Positions 36,044 to 49,722 of a stretch of 64,000 nt of DNA are shown piece after piece. The stretch comes from Psammoneis japonica. Lineage: Eukaryota. The position numbers and the translations under genes were made by a program. Location: contig QPGO01000178.1 in assembly GCA_008632985.1 (NCBI GenBank), forward strand, positions 1-64,000, in the 5' to 3' direction. Each line of letters begins with the position of its first letter. The stretch's first letter is position 1. Below the pieces are notes generated by a model. That model saw only the letters and a list, made by a program, of their open reading frames with translations, did no database searches and was not told the origin of the DNA.

Positions 36044-38869
36044 CCTCAATCTTGGTCGCTTCAAGATAAGTCAACACGGGGTTGAACTAAACAAACAACA
36101 ACTTGTGCGAGCTCTGGGTAGCCGCCTGGGTTGAAGTCACCATCGTGGCCTATGTACTCGACAAATTACACGTTGTACTCGTACACTGCAACAGAGTCAT
36201 GCTCGTTTTCATAGTCTGTTCATGTAGTGCAAATAAATCCAGTTTGCATCCCGCATTGAGCACCGCTCTTTGTCACTCTCTCCAGAAATCCGGAACAGCA
36301 TCGGCCTGGACAACAAGAACACCGCAGAAGTTATTATAGTAGAGTCGAAAGCTTTTTTTTTGCTGCTTCGATGATTAAGGATTAAGGCCCTAGCTAGAGG
36401 GCCGTTCTGTATTGATTGTTCGCTGCCCGCGGCGGGGGACGTCTCCAGACGACTCCAGCCGGCCAGCTCTGCTGGCCGAGAAATCTTGTGTGCGGTACGG
36501 TACATACATTGCGACCGGCAGCTCTCTCTCTACGGCACTAGCTACTAGAGAGAGAGCTACCGTACCGGTAGCTGCAATAGAATTTGTATTGAAAGAGTCT
36601 GTCAATCAGTGCGTTTGAGAGTTTTGGCCAAATTCGGTGAACGCAGGACAGAATCGACGTCGTTTTCGTGCACACTGGGGCCCTGCGAATTGCTGAACCA
36701 TTGCGCGATTTATCCCGGGTTGGCGTCAAGCAAACTGAGTGTGGTTGTTGTCCATTCGTCGAGTGTCGACAAGTTGACAAAGACGCTCTGCCGTCTGCCA
36801 ATGCAAGGACAAGGCGTCTTTGCGCCACGCTCTTGGTGCACGCCATTTGGGTCCGCCTCTTCCTTGACACTGCCTGCATCATCATCGTTGACGCGTTGGC
36901 ACCTTTTCTTGTCCTCATCACCAGCAGACAAGGGAGAGAATTCTCCATCTAGAATCAAGGCATCTTCAACGTCTCCATCATCATCGTGCTCGTCGGCAAG
37001 CGGGAAGACAAGCTGTCGTGCTTTCATGAGCTGGTGAAAGTGCAGCACCTCCAGTTCCTCGCGAATGTCTGCATTGTCAACAGAGAGAAAAATGAAGATT
37101 GTGAATTTGGGGTCACAAACAATGCACCACTGCCTCAAGCATCTTTCAACTCACTGATTCCGTCAAGGGTCATGAACACAGCAAACGGGTCCTCCAACAC
37201 TTGGATGCACTCAAACAAGGTGGATGAACCAAGTGCTGCAAACACAGCAAAGCATGTGCCAATGCCAAGGGATCCCACATCCAGAGCAATCTGAGCAAAT
37301 GTGTCGGTGTGCAGAATGGTGGAAGAAACAGCACAAGCAGCCGAGCAAAAAAGCCAACAACGCCTGCGGAGTTTGGCACATCTTCACAATTCTCAGTCCC
37401 TCCAGGCTCTTCCCAATGTGTTGCAAGCACTGCTGCAGATGAGACACTTCCAAGCCAGAGAGTCTGGCAGCTTTTAGATTCTCACAAAGGACAGTCAGCA
37501 CCACCAGTCTCCTGGTGCAGGCTGGTTCAAAGAGAGCACAACTGACTTCCATGGTCCTTGCCGCCTCTTTTCGACCACGACTGGTCAACCAATGGCGGCC
37601 ACATGATGAAGTCGGCAATGTGAGAAAACGCAAGATCTCATCCCCAATCAAGGCAAGTTGTCTCAGAACATTGTCAGGATCCAGTTGACACACATGGCCT
37701 TGCGTCTTCCGGAGCCTCCATCCCAGTCACAAAGGGCGTGACTCAAACAAATTTGGAAGGCAAAGGATCGAAACTCTGTGATGTGTGGGAGAGCATCCTC
37801 TCAATGACGAAAGGCGAGACCAATTGAAATGGACAGGGGCATTGCCATGGCTGTTCGTAAGAACCAGAAAGATTAGAGTGCAGTGTGAGAGTTACAAAGT
37901 CAAAAGCCGTGACACCATTCTCTCTCAAACGAACCAACGATTCTCACGATTCTGAGCTGAAAGGAATCACTTGCCAAAACCAAGGAGAATCCACTCCATG
38001 GCAGAGGCACTCCACAATTCATTGTCTTTCTTGGCATCGTGCCAGCAGATTGTCAGCCCAACACTCACAGATGCAGACACAACAGTCACGACCTTGATCA
38101 GGCAGCAGAAAATGACTTTCAGAGCAGCAACAACATTGAGAACAAAGAGAACGACTGGACGTGTCTCTTCTGTGTCCCTTGCAAGGTCCTCCTTTCATAA
38201 AAGTTCTTCTTTTTGCTTCTTTGCAACACTGGACATGTTCAGATCCCAAGCAGCCATTTTCATTGGAGATTTGGAGTTCTCAGTGGACGATTTTAGTCCA
38301 GCTTGCATCATGACCACCTCCTCTTTTTTGGAGTTCTCACTCTTCCTGTTTAGATTGGCGCTGGCCCGCTGGTGCTCATCCCCATGAGACATGCCTTCTA
38401 CATCACCAAGACTGGGTCTGGAGGAGGGACGCATGTCAGCCATTTCCTTGCTTCCCGACTCCCCCAAAGTGCTGCCAGTCGAGGCGGCTCAATGCAACAT
38501 TTTGGCAGAACCGGGACTGCCAACCATGCTGTCATCAAAACCAAAAGTTGCAAGCAAGTGAGCATCAACCTGGTGCTGTCTTCTTCATCTCAGAGAGTGG
38601 AGAGTCATTGTCGTCATCAAACAAAAGTCATTGCAAATCCAAATCGCAGCACTTGACTGTTGCCTGACAAAACCATGAATGTTTGTGTGCATGTGCACAT
38701 GTGTGACAATTGTGCAACTTCAAGTCACCACAAGTGCGTGTGACATCTTCAGGGCCCAGACATTGAACCCGGATTTGCCTCATTTTTCTGTGATCCAAAT
38801 GACATCCAAACTTCAAATCTTTTGGTTGGAGCTTCAAACCATCATCATCTTCTGTCTCAACTCTTAACA

Positions 38870-40960
38870 TGATCATTGCAGCAAAAGCGATGATCAGATC
38901 ATGCATTGCATTGTTCCTTCTCTCTTTCCTGCTTCTGTTTCTTGTCCTCTTCTCTGTCTCTTTGCACTCTGTGCTGGCCCCACTGGATCCGTCGTGGCAG
39001 GGCAGCTGGCAGAACCGGGACACAAGGCCCTGTTGCTCGAGGTGGGAGGTGACCAATGAGATCCAGTGTTTCATGCCATGTCCAGCCACTTCAGCATTTC
39101 ATTTGATCCATTTGCGCACGGCTTTCTTCAGTGTTCTGACTGCTGCAAGACAATGCCACAAAACAGTGTCAACCAATTGCAAACTTTTCCGCAGCAATCA
39201 GATTGCAAACAGTCGATTGCATTGCTGCAGAGCAGCAACCAGTTGACTGCAATCACAAAGCAATTGTGTGGTGTTGTGAACTGACTGCAATTGTGGCTGC
39301 AATTGCCCTGCCGGCCAGGTGCACCCCCCTGTGCAGGGGCACCCCCTGCACAAGAGCGCAATCCGCACAGAAGAAAAGCCCACTGCAGGCAAAGAAATCG
39401 AGCTGTTTCACTGATTTCAGCTAAAAAAGAGCTCAAATTTTGATTGCAGTTGATTGCAATGGCTGATTGTGACTGCAACCTCAGCTCTTCCCCGACAATC
39501 AGGTCATTGCAATCAAGTTTGCAACAGCGATTGTAATCAAAGTGGGGCTGATTGCAGTCAATCCTGGCAACAAGTCAATGGTGCCACAAAATGTCTTGGG
39601 AGGACAAGAGATTTCCTTGCTGTGGGGGAGAGTTTTGGGTGGATCCAATTCAATCAACACCGCCGCCTTTGTGATGGGAAAAGCTGCCTGCTTTGATGAC
39701 ATTGCCAACACAACTGGTGATGCCGATTGGTCTTGGGAAGCAACAGAAAAAATCCAGATGTTGTTGATGGAGCGGCAGAAGATTGTCAAATTTGGCAAAG
39801 AAACAGGGCGGTGCTCCTGAATTCATTCAGGTGGTGGAAACAACACTCGGCTTGCCCTGCAATGACGATCCGAGTTCCAGCATTCAGAATGGCACAGCAG
39901 CCACTGGCTGGATTGGACATCCAGACAGTGGGGGAGTTTGCAACACTGTGCATCAGGCTTTCATCTGATGAAGTGTCAAACAGTGTCCAGCAGGCAACGG
40001 AGGTCTGACAGTGATTGCATGTCACCTGGTGGAGTCTCTCATCCTTGCAAATTCTTTGGAAGTTCCAACGGCATTGTGCGTCAATGTCTTGAACCAGCAG
40101 ACTTGTCAATCCACCCAATTCTTTGCCAACAAAGAGGTTGTTCTTTCCACAGGTGCTTGTGACACTCCCCCAATTTTGTTCAAGTCTGGCATTGGCAACA
40201 TGGAGAATGACACCACTCCACTGCCTGGTGTTGGCAAGAATTTGTGCAATCACTGGAGTGTGGGGACCTTTTGGGGATTGGGGTCCAAGGCTGTGGAAGA
40301 TGCACCATTTCTTTTCCAGTCTCCAACACGCAAAGTTTTTGGACCCAAGGTGTCTGGGACACCCTTGTTTCAAATGGAGGTGTCTGGAAACTTTGGACAT
40401 CTTGCATGCCGCTGGTGCCCACAAATGCTTTGGGCTCTGTCTCTCCATCTCCAAACTCTTCTCAACCACTCGTCAAGGCCAACATCTCTTTGGAACACAT
40501 TGATGCCACCACGGATTGTCTTTTGCAACAATCTTTTGCCATTCTTTCAAGAGCTCGTGGAACAGGACATGGTGGTCCCTGGCAACCTGTGCCTCCCAAT
40601 GCTGCAATGGAACAAGTCCAAGCCTTTTTGGTGGAAAGTCTTTCCTCCAATCACCATCCTGCTGGCACTTGCAAAGTCGGGTCTGATGAAATGGCTGTCG
40701 TGAATTCCAACTTTGAAGTGCTTGGGACCAAGAAACTTCGGGTCATTGATGCATCCGTCTTTCCCCTGCCCCCCTCTGGGAACACCTTGGCACCAACCAT
40801 GATGGTTGCCTTGCTTGGAGCAGAGAAAGTGAAAGCTTCTTTTGATGAAGGCATGAACATGCTGACAAGTGCCCCAACATCTGCTGCAATGGGATCTGGG
40901 TTTCTTGCATGTCACACCTTTTGGAAATTGGCTGTCGCTGCTTTCCATTTGTTGAGATGA
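38870..40960 (+). pseudogene. GMC oxidoreductase pseudogene
   Basis: AGPTGSVVAGQLAEPGHKALLLEVGG (~38973), GRVLGGSNSIN (~39625), KEVVLSTGACDTPPILFKSGIG, LPGVGKNLCNH and HHPAGTCKVG...LRVIDASVFPLPPSGNT; frameshifted, Tyr-free, interrupted at ~39150-39560. Confidence 0.9.
39170..39563. repeat. Array of ~11 degenerate GAYTGCAATC-like motifs within the GMC pseudogene
   Basis: gattgcaaac, gactgcaatc, gattgcagtt, gattgcaatg, gattgtgact, gattgtaatc, gattgcagtc and similar words, on both sides of a G/C-run core at 39315-39350. Confidence 0.7.
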
Positions 40961-41530
40961 TGCAGAGCGCAGCTTCAGTCTCCCCGGCGGTGCTCATCAG
41001 ACCTTTGTGCTCCACTGTGCAGCACACTGTTGGAAGCAGATGCACTTCCGAACCTGATCTGAGGTGTGCCAACAGCAGCAAAAACTTCGAGATGATTTCC
41101 AGCGACATCCGAGTGGCCATTTTTAAGAAGCAGAACATGTGTCTGTCACTCCAGACCTGCGCCAGAAGTGGTGGAGAGTGGAGACTACAACTGCCATACG
41201 AGAGTGTTGTAGACTCTAGCTAGAACTGCCGTACTCTAGCAGAGGGCCCCACTCTCTACTGTGCTCTGCTGCTAGAGTAGAGAGAGAGAGAGAGAGGGCC
41301 CTGCAGTGCATTTCCCTGGACTCGACTTGTTGTTGGACTCATCACTCTCCCGGGACTCATCACGCACGACGCACGTACTGATCGCTTTTCTTTCTCACAT
41401 TTTTTTATTCGACTTTCGACGAGTGTCACTTCTTGTTTCTCTGTTTACGATACATATCGCTGTTGTCGTTGTCTTATTCCAACTGTGTGCTGCTCGCTAT
41501 CTCTGCAATCGTATACAGTCTTGTCGGATA

Positions 41531-42720
41531 ATGTGCTATCATGTGATTGTGATTCTTTCTCTAATCAATTTGGGCTTTTCGTCGGCGAAAATACCGTTTC
41601 GAAATTCTCCATGGGGAATAAGGGTGATTCAAAGCAAGCAATTCAAGCCATTGACAATCCTAAAAGGTGGATACAGCGATGCAGTGCAAGAGAAAGGAAC
41701 CACCGCCGCACTGTTGGAAAGTAACGAAAATGGAACTAGTGCAATCGAGTCAGTAACAGCGAACGAGAATGATTCAGGAAACAACAGCAGCACCGTCGAG
41801 GACGAAGAAGCTCCTCCTTCTTGGGTCTTTACCTGTTGCAAGCATGGAGATGGAAGTGAGAGTGATCCGGATGGTTTGCCGAGGCGCTTTTTGAAAATGC
41901 AAAAATACAACCGAGAAAAAGCGATTCATGCCTTGAATAGCACCCTGACATGGCGAGACAATCACGACGTGGATACAATTCTGCAGCGGCCTCACAGTGT
42001 GTTTGATGTGTGCAAGCGAGTGGCGCCGCATTACTTTGGTGGTCGCGATCCGAGCAACCACATTATCTTTATTCAACGCCCCGGATTGCTGGATTTGAAT
42101 GTGGCACATGCCAACAATGTTACCGTCGATGAGTTGCTCATGCATTATGTTTACGTGCTAGAGTATTGTTGGAATATCGCAGCTCCGTTGCACGACGAGA
42201 CCATGACGTCTGTTTTGGACTTGACGGGCATTAACTTTGGGATTGTCACCAAGGGCGAAATGATTAATTTCATCAAACGATTTGTCAACATGATGAGCCA
42301 TCACTATCCATCACGATCTTACAAGACCTTGTTGATCAATACGCCTCGATGGTTTGGTGCAATCTACAAGCTGATTTCACCCTTACTTCGTGAATCCACA
42401 CGAGCCAAGATTCGAATTTGTTCGCGTGGTAAAAAACAAGACAGAATCCTCAAGGATCTCTTGGGACCAGAAAATGTCCCAACAGAACTGCTCTTCGAGA
42501 AACCCAAAGGAGGCGAAAACACAGAATCGCACAGCTGTCAGGATACGGAAATGGAACGTGAATTCCGATCGTTTGTAAGTTCGAATCGTGCCCAATTGTC
42601 TTGAATGTTGTTCCTTGACGCAAACCCAACAAGGTGTTCTAATGTTTTTTGAATACTACATTTTACTAGTGTGTGGCTCGTTTGGACGAAGCCGGATCTG
42701 AAATGAAGGCTGTGGTATGA
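41531..42720 (+). CDS. CRAL-TRIO (Sec14-like) lipid-binding protein with signal peptide
   Basis: RRFLKM..TLTWR, SVLDLTG, HYPSRSYKTLLINTPRWF and ISPLLRESTRAKI; intron 42575-42669. Confidence 0.9.
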
Positions 42721-42784
42721 AGGAAGTTTGCGCCGCACCACGACGGGTGCAACATCGCTTACGGTGCGAATGAATTACTTCCCC

Positions 42785-43118
42785 CTACATTCGAAGAATG
42801 GATTCAAGCATTCTTCGTGCTTGATTTGTGTACATTCCACCAAACAGAACATCGTGGTTAAAAGTGATAGAGATTGCATACAGTTTCCCTCTTTTCGTGA
42901 CCCTGTACAGTAGTAGAGCGATCTGTATGCGAGGAACAATGTGCCCATGGAGAGCGCAAAAGGTCTGAATCCTCCTTACCTCTGGTAACGGCGGTTCGCT
43001 CTCATACCCATTGTAAAAGTCGAATCCAAAGCTGCCAAACAACGACGTCATTGCGACATCTGCCTCTCTGTCCCACAACAAATTCAGGGTCGAAAATCAC
43101 TGGAACGACGCCATCATC
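42785..43118 (-). pseudogene. Truncated 3' duplicate of the fructosamine kinase gene
   Basis: Colinear with 53874-54212 (DREADVAMTSLFG); frameshifted; 5' part replaced by block F. Confidence 0.9.
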
Positions 43119-45540
43119 AAATGTTGCGTCTCCCTCAGCTTCGGAAAACAATCCATTTGCAAAGTTGCCGGTGACAGATTCTGAGTCGGAAGACAACGAG
43201 AAAGAATGGGGAGAGCCACTTGAACTCTTGGCCAGTGGGAATCACATGGACTCTTCAGATGAGAGACAAGAAAATGAGCATGCAAAAGAATTTCTGTGGA
43301 AAAATAAAATAGAGAGGGAAGCCTTGGATTGGAGCGTGCCATTCACTGCAGTGCTTTCAGCATTGCCATGCCCTTCTTGACCTTGAAACCACCAAAAGCA
43401 CTTGCCACCTTGATGAAATGAGGACATCAAGCAATCCAAGATGTGTTGGACAAAACATGTCAGAATTGGACCTTGGGATTCAGAGCTGGCAAGTGCAACA
43501 AGTGGAGAATGAACTTCCCTGCACAATGTTCCAGAAGAGGGAAAGCAACCTCAGGAGAGGGAGTGCTCCAGTGCTTTCCTCAGAGTGGATCATCTGTGCC
43601 CACATGCCAGCAAGAATGATGCCACCCATTGCCATCTGCAATTTGCAGCTGTGAGGGACTTTGACTCAAATGAATTGTGGGGGTGCATTGAAAAGCTTTG
43701 CAAGGCCTTTTTTGCAGATGTTGAGAGTGGCAAATGAGTTGGAAAGGAGCCCAATTTCTTTCCAATCAACACAATCTCAGTGCATTGGATGGCATTGGAT
43801 GGCTTTGTGAAAGTGCAAAAATGACAAGCAATGACACTCTCCACTTGAAAGCTCTTGCTGGTCTGAAAAAAAGAACCAGACTGTCTTAGTTTGCTGCCAT
43901 GGATGGCAAACCATCACCACAAAGCAAGATGAGAAACATTCCAAGCATTGCCAATGCAAAAACCAAACAAACACCGGAAAGCACATCACATCATTGTGGA
44001 AAGGCACCATGCAATCTCTGTCCAAGTCACTCTGGAAAAGCCATGGAGAGTTGGGACTCAGAAAAAACCTTGGGGAGTTTGGACCCAAGGTGTGTGCCCT
44101 TTGCTCCTGCTTGTCACACTTCACTCATCATGCAGTTCATCCCAGACAACATAAAGAAAAGTGTCAACAAATTGGCACCCAGACAGAAGCTCTTCTGGTG
44201 CAATCAAATGTTCAGACAGATGTGTTGCAGTTTTGCAACCTGTCTGGATTTGCCAATCAAAACAGCAGACAAGTCAACGCACTTGTTGGGACAGTGTGTT
44301 TAAAGAGAAAATGGTTGTGCCTCTTCTGACCCATCATGTTGAAACTAGCCCAATGGAATTTGTGTGCCACCAACCACATTGTCATCTTTCCAAAAAGTCA
44401 CTTCAGTTGGCAAGCTGGATGAGGACAAACAGTGCTGTTCTGGAGCATCTGCTTGTGCTCAGATCTGAGGTGGGACAAAGGCTCAATCAAAACAACAGGT
44501 GCTGCCATGATTTGGAACACACCAGTGCACAACAACCCCAAATCCCAAAACACCAGAGCCCAACATTGTCTGAAAACAGCAATCCTCAGGAAACCAAAGA
44601 AAGTTTTCAAAAGGAGATGAGTGCTGCAATGGAGTCATCTGCCAAACACACGCATCTTCCAAAGGCAGGGCACCAAAGTGCAGAAAGCAAAGTGGTTCAC
44701 TGCAAAGACAGCAAGCAACAGAAAAAAGGAAAAACTCCGTAACATGAAGCAACCAACTGCCAGCAATCTGATGACTCCAATTGGGAGCTCCCCTCTGCTG
44801 CACACCAAGATTGTGAACTGACACATTGGGCTGGCTCAACAAACATGTTCACAATGAAGGTTTTGAACATGCGTGCAAAAGCCACTTGGTGCAAGCAGCA
44901 CCCAATGATGTGAAAAAATGACTGAGATTTGACAAATGACATTCATAAAAAACACAGTTGCTTTGGCTTCAGTCTGGCAACTCTGCAGCTGTGATGCCTT
45001 GCACTGGGATCCCAAGTTGACAGATGTTGGCCTGGCTTAATGAGCACATCTGCAATGAAGATTTTACACATGTGCACACATGCCGCTTGGTGAGAGGCAC
45101 CCAACTCAGGTGACATGATGCCAAACACAAGGATCCTGGCTGAATGTTGGCCCACAACTCTCAACAAACATGTGCTGATGTGACAAAAAAGTGTTGGCAA
45201 TCATGCGGAAAATGTTCTCAAATTGGCAAAACCTTTAAAAACAGCACCTCTTGTTGTGTGTCGCCACCAATTGGTTGGTCAATGTCTCATCACACTCCTC
45301 TTCAGAGAAGCACACAGCAGTTCTCCATTCCATCAACCAAATTGGCACCTTGCACCCAACCGGCTCCGCACATTGACTCACATCTCTCTTCAGGGAGTGC
45401 CAAAGAAATGGACCCATTTCTTGTCTTGACACCAGAGAGCATCACTGAAACCCAGCTTTGGGTGTGGCTCCAACTATGAACAAACACAGCATCTACACCA
45501 CTTCCTTGCAGTTTGTGCCTGACATCATCATCATGGCAGA
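43119..45540. other. TpA/CpG-depleted degenerate block F, origin not recognised
   Basis: Same composition as blocks A and B; surviving TA mostly in ttaa/ctag/ttag/ataa. Confidence 0.8.
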
Positions 45541-45993
45541 GAGAAACTGTGGCATAGCCAATGCACCTGTGTGGAATAAAACATAAAGCGCGCACCGAGC
45601 AACCACCTCTGGCGATTGCACTGATGCTAGAGTAGAGAGTGGATGTTGTAACAGAAGCACACTGTGCAGAAATGTACACCAGACACTTGACAAAAAGATG
45701 GAAAGACAATGCACCATAACTCTAAATACAAAGCAAAAAACCAATGTACGACTACTTCGGTGATCTGGGATATTTGGGGAGAAAGAGAATGCAGCCCTCC
45801 TTTGAGAAGGCCGCGTTTGATTTAGAATTTAGGGTAGTTGAGTGGCGTTGTGGAAAGTTCAAGCGGTGTGCACATGTCAATCGTTGTTTATACATCAAAA
45901 CATTTTGTTGGTATAAAAGTGGAAGCTTCGGATCGCCGCAATTCTTGCAGTGCAACACAACCTGTAGATTTACAGTATCGTCACAGTAAGCCG

Positions 45994-48900
45994 TTAAATA
46001 GATACATCATCCTCGTCGTCTTGCGATGAATCACTTGTCGCTGTCGTATCAAGCGGAAGCTCCGTGTCTTCAATCGGGATTGAAGATGAGCTCATACTTT
46101 CTCTGCCGTGCTGGAAGAGAACAGCAGGAATCAAACGCTGGGAGGAAACACGCATAGGCTGAAATGTCTTGTTTCCCTCATCATCAACCATCTCCGTCAT
46201 GACCTCCACTTCCTCACAATTTGCACTGTGTGCCTCATCATCTCGGTCATTGTGATAACAATGTCTTTGAAGCCAAGGCATTAGAGCAGTCACAAATATC
46301 AACCTCCAGACGGATCCGACTCGCGTTCCAAAGTCTTGGTGGTGAAGTTTCATTAGGTACATTGTTCCCAAACGCTCCAAATAGGGGTGACGATGGGCCT
46401 CACTGACAAGGACGTCCGTCAAAAAGATGGACGGAGTGTCATCCAGGTCCCACCACAAAACTTTGCCAACACCCGGAGCAAAAAAGAAAGTGTCGACGCG
46501 GCCGACGTAGAGCGCCGCGACAAACACAAGCTTGGCCATGCGGATGAACGCAAATGCGACGGACAAGGCAAAGTTTGCGCATTCCGTTACAATGGCAATG
46601 AGGTTCGCCATCTTTGGATCTGTGCGGTAAAGCGACCTCCAGTAGGTTTCTTTACACTTTCGGAGTACAATGAATTTGATCAAGAGTGTTATCGAAACTC
46701 CTGTCAAGTAAGAGGCAGATAAATGAAACGTGAGGGATTGTACAGTGTTCTGCAGAATCAAACAAAGAGAAACTTGTTTCGCATCTTAACGCAACATACC
46801 TATTCCAATTGCTAACACCTTAAGCATCAGATGACGTGTAACCTGAATGCGAATTGCAGCATCAAATTAGTGTGAGGCGTGAAAGCAGCTTTACGGGTAT
46901 TACTCGATTTTACCGATCCTTACCTGCCAGACGGAAACAAACACAATGAATCCGACCAATGCGCCACATAGTAGAGAGCTGAAAAAGATACCCCAAAACA
47001 TAAACCCAGACAGCTGGGTGATTTGATTTGTTTTGTGCCGATATTTGACAAAATCACCGCTTGTGAGGGTCGGAATGACTCCACTTCGTAGCTTGAAGAT
47101 AGTTGAAACAATCGAAGGCGTGTAGATCACAGCGGTCCCCATTGCTACAAAAAATGCAACTGCAGTCCCAAGTAGAAAGGGCAATACTAGCCTGAAGGCA
47201 ACAGAGCAACAAGAGAGGTGAACGAAAGCATCAATACAGAGCAGTACGAAAACAGAATAACGCGCTTACATGTACTTCTCTTCAGGATACAAGCTCTGTA
47301 TGGCCATTGCCGTCGCATTTCCCGCAATGTGTGCTGCTGCCATGTAGATCTTATCAGAGGAGTCAAATCCGGTTCGATTAAGGATGCCAAGATCCCAGAA
47401 CATCTCGGTTACATTTTCGGGGGTATTGTTGCTCATAGTCGTAGCTTCAATTATCTGACAGAGCGAGTCTGATGAATTGGCTAGCTCGATGAAGGCGCAG
47501 TCACGCGAGAAGGGAAGATCGGAGCACCTTTCAATTTGACTATCGGCGTACTGTGTGATCGAGGTGCAATTGACATCATATCCTGACCCCCCGAGGAAAG
47601 TCAGATATTGAACGGCCCACTCCCCTGTATTATATCCTACGAGTTCCTGTAGTTCCTCCATTTGTTTCGAAGGGAGAGCCGTGTCAAAAAAAGAATGAAC
47701 AAGCGATGACACGCCACTTGCAATGTTGGTCTCGTCGAAGTCGTAATTCTCACTGACGTACTTGGTGGCGTAAAACCCAGCAACAGCAATAACTGTGGCG
47801 AGGATGAATTGAGAGACATTGCTAGCGACGAATCGGGCAGAGAGAGATATCCCATCACTCTTCACGAGCGTCTTGTTGCGGATTCCCTTGATCGTCCAGA
47901 AAATTCCGCCTTTAGTGCTTGTGTCTTCGGCCTTATTTGAATACGCCTTGAAGGCTCTCTGAATGAAGGACTCATCTACGTTGTCTCCTTCGTACCCGTT
48001 AAAAACATTGAAAGCATTTTCGATCATCAACGAAATCTTTTGCTCAGCTGCTTTCTTGCGTCGTGACTCTGAAAGAACGTTTCCTGGTCTGAAGAGTCTC
48101 TTCCAATAGTTCGCGATGCTGTTGCGCTTCTGCTCTGAGAAGAAATTTCCTTGCAAGATATGCAAAAAGAAATGCTTCCACGTCCCCGTTTCGGTATTTT
48201 GATCCATTTCTTGGAGTCTTTCTTGGAGTCTTTCTTGCATTCTAAGAATCCTCGCAACGTGAGTTAATTGGATGAAAACCACAACTAATCCAAGCAAGAT
48301 CGACATCCATTTAAGGAATTGGCCGCCGAAGTCGTCGAGCGTATGGTCGAAGAATCTCATAGGAACGAAGATGCAGCAAGATATAACCCCCATCCCGAAT
48401 AACGGATACCATGGATTCGTCGATGTAGCGCCATTTCCCGCAGAGCCCATGCCGAGAAAGATCAAGCCGTAGATGCTAAAAATTATCAAATTCGTTCGAA
48501 GGACAGTGCTGAGAGGTGACACGATAGACTTGGAATCGTACACAAGAAGCAGAAAACAAACACGAAAAGAAGCTACGTTACCTGAGAAGCACAAAAGTAA
48601 TAAGCCAGGTACGAACGTTGCTAAAAAGCTGACAGTAGAATGCATCACGGTTTCCACTCCAATCACTCTGAACCTCGAAGACTGGACATCCATTATAAGA
48701 GTTGGTCGCGCGCCAGTCTTCAAATGAGCACATGAACGAAAAGGACAGTGTGAGAACGAGATCGTTTATCCATGGATGAATCGACGCGATTACTTACAGT
48801 AAGTGAAATAGGTTACAAGAAAAGCGGCCCACAGTGAAACCACCTGCACCTTGCTTCTATGCGTTCCGGCTACCAAATCAATAGCCGAAAGCGTCCCATC

Positions 48901-49722
48901 TCGGCCAACGGCTCTAAGAAAGGCGGCCCGAGGCGACAGCACAAGCAGCTTTATCCAGTGCGTCCAAGATTCAGTCGAATCGCTTGCTTCGCCATCTCTA
49001 GATCCAGTTTCACCTCCCTCTTCTAAGTCTAGGGCAACGGCTGCAGTTTCAGATTTCACGTCGTCTAAGTTGAGGGAGAACTTGTTTACATTGCGATGAT
49101 CGTACTGCCAAACATCATGCGTCAGCGCCCTGGTAAACGATTCCACGTTGAGCGTGATGCCCTCTTCATCTCCAAAAACTTCAGTAATCATCTCGGCAAG
49201 AAACGTCTCCTCATCCTCCTCGTTTCTTGCTATATCGCAAATGCCGTATTTGTTGAAGATGAGTCTCAACAAGTCGGGATTCAAAAGCTTGGGTTCGGTA
49301 CCACCTGTATTGTCTTGTAAGATCCTTTCCAATACGCCTTCAAGTAGATCGGAATCAGGATCAGCGTTGAGTAACGTTGGAATACACAGGATGGAAACTA
49401 TTTCCATGAGATTGAGTCTGCTGCCGTTGCTGCAACTCAAACCAGGCAATATAACTTCCTGCACCTGCTCTTCGGTCACATCAATTCCGAATCTCGAGAG
49501 CAAGAATGTAGATATGTCTTTTGCTGTGGATAGAGACAATTTATGGCAATGTGAGTTTGATCTGAATTTGACGAAACTGCGCTCTCTTTCTCTACAAAAC
49601 ATACCGTCAATGGATCCATCCTGACGCAAGTTGCTTGGATCCGACTGGTGCAATGCAGAAATATACTCCAATTCCTTCACGTCGGCGTGAGCCCCTGTGG
49701 GGCATTCGAATTTTATTGTCAT
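45994..49722 (-). CDS. Large multi-exon, multi-pass membrane protein of unknown function
   Basis: ORFs 48790-49860, 47266-48723, 46900-47184 and 45994-46761 end at GT donors; many hydrophobic helices; C-terminal EAHRHPYLERLG..WRLIFVTALMPWL. Exon borders not all resolved. Confidence 0.8.

Larger units (their letters stand above)
36620..41180. other. TpA-depleted block E with degenerate gene-like sequence
   Basis: TA largely absent, CpG partly retained, small TA-bearing patch at ~37855-37900; bounded on both sides by CTAG/(AG)n hairpin motifs. Confidence 0.8.

Noticed and set aside
36385..41250. Block E as one TIR element bounded by ggccct..gctagag inverted ends
   Set aside because: The match is short, imperfect and low-complexity, and no target-site duplication was found.
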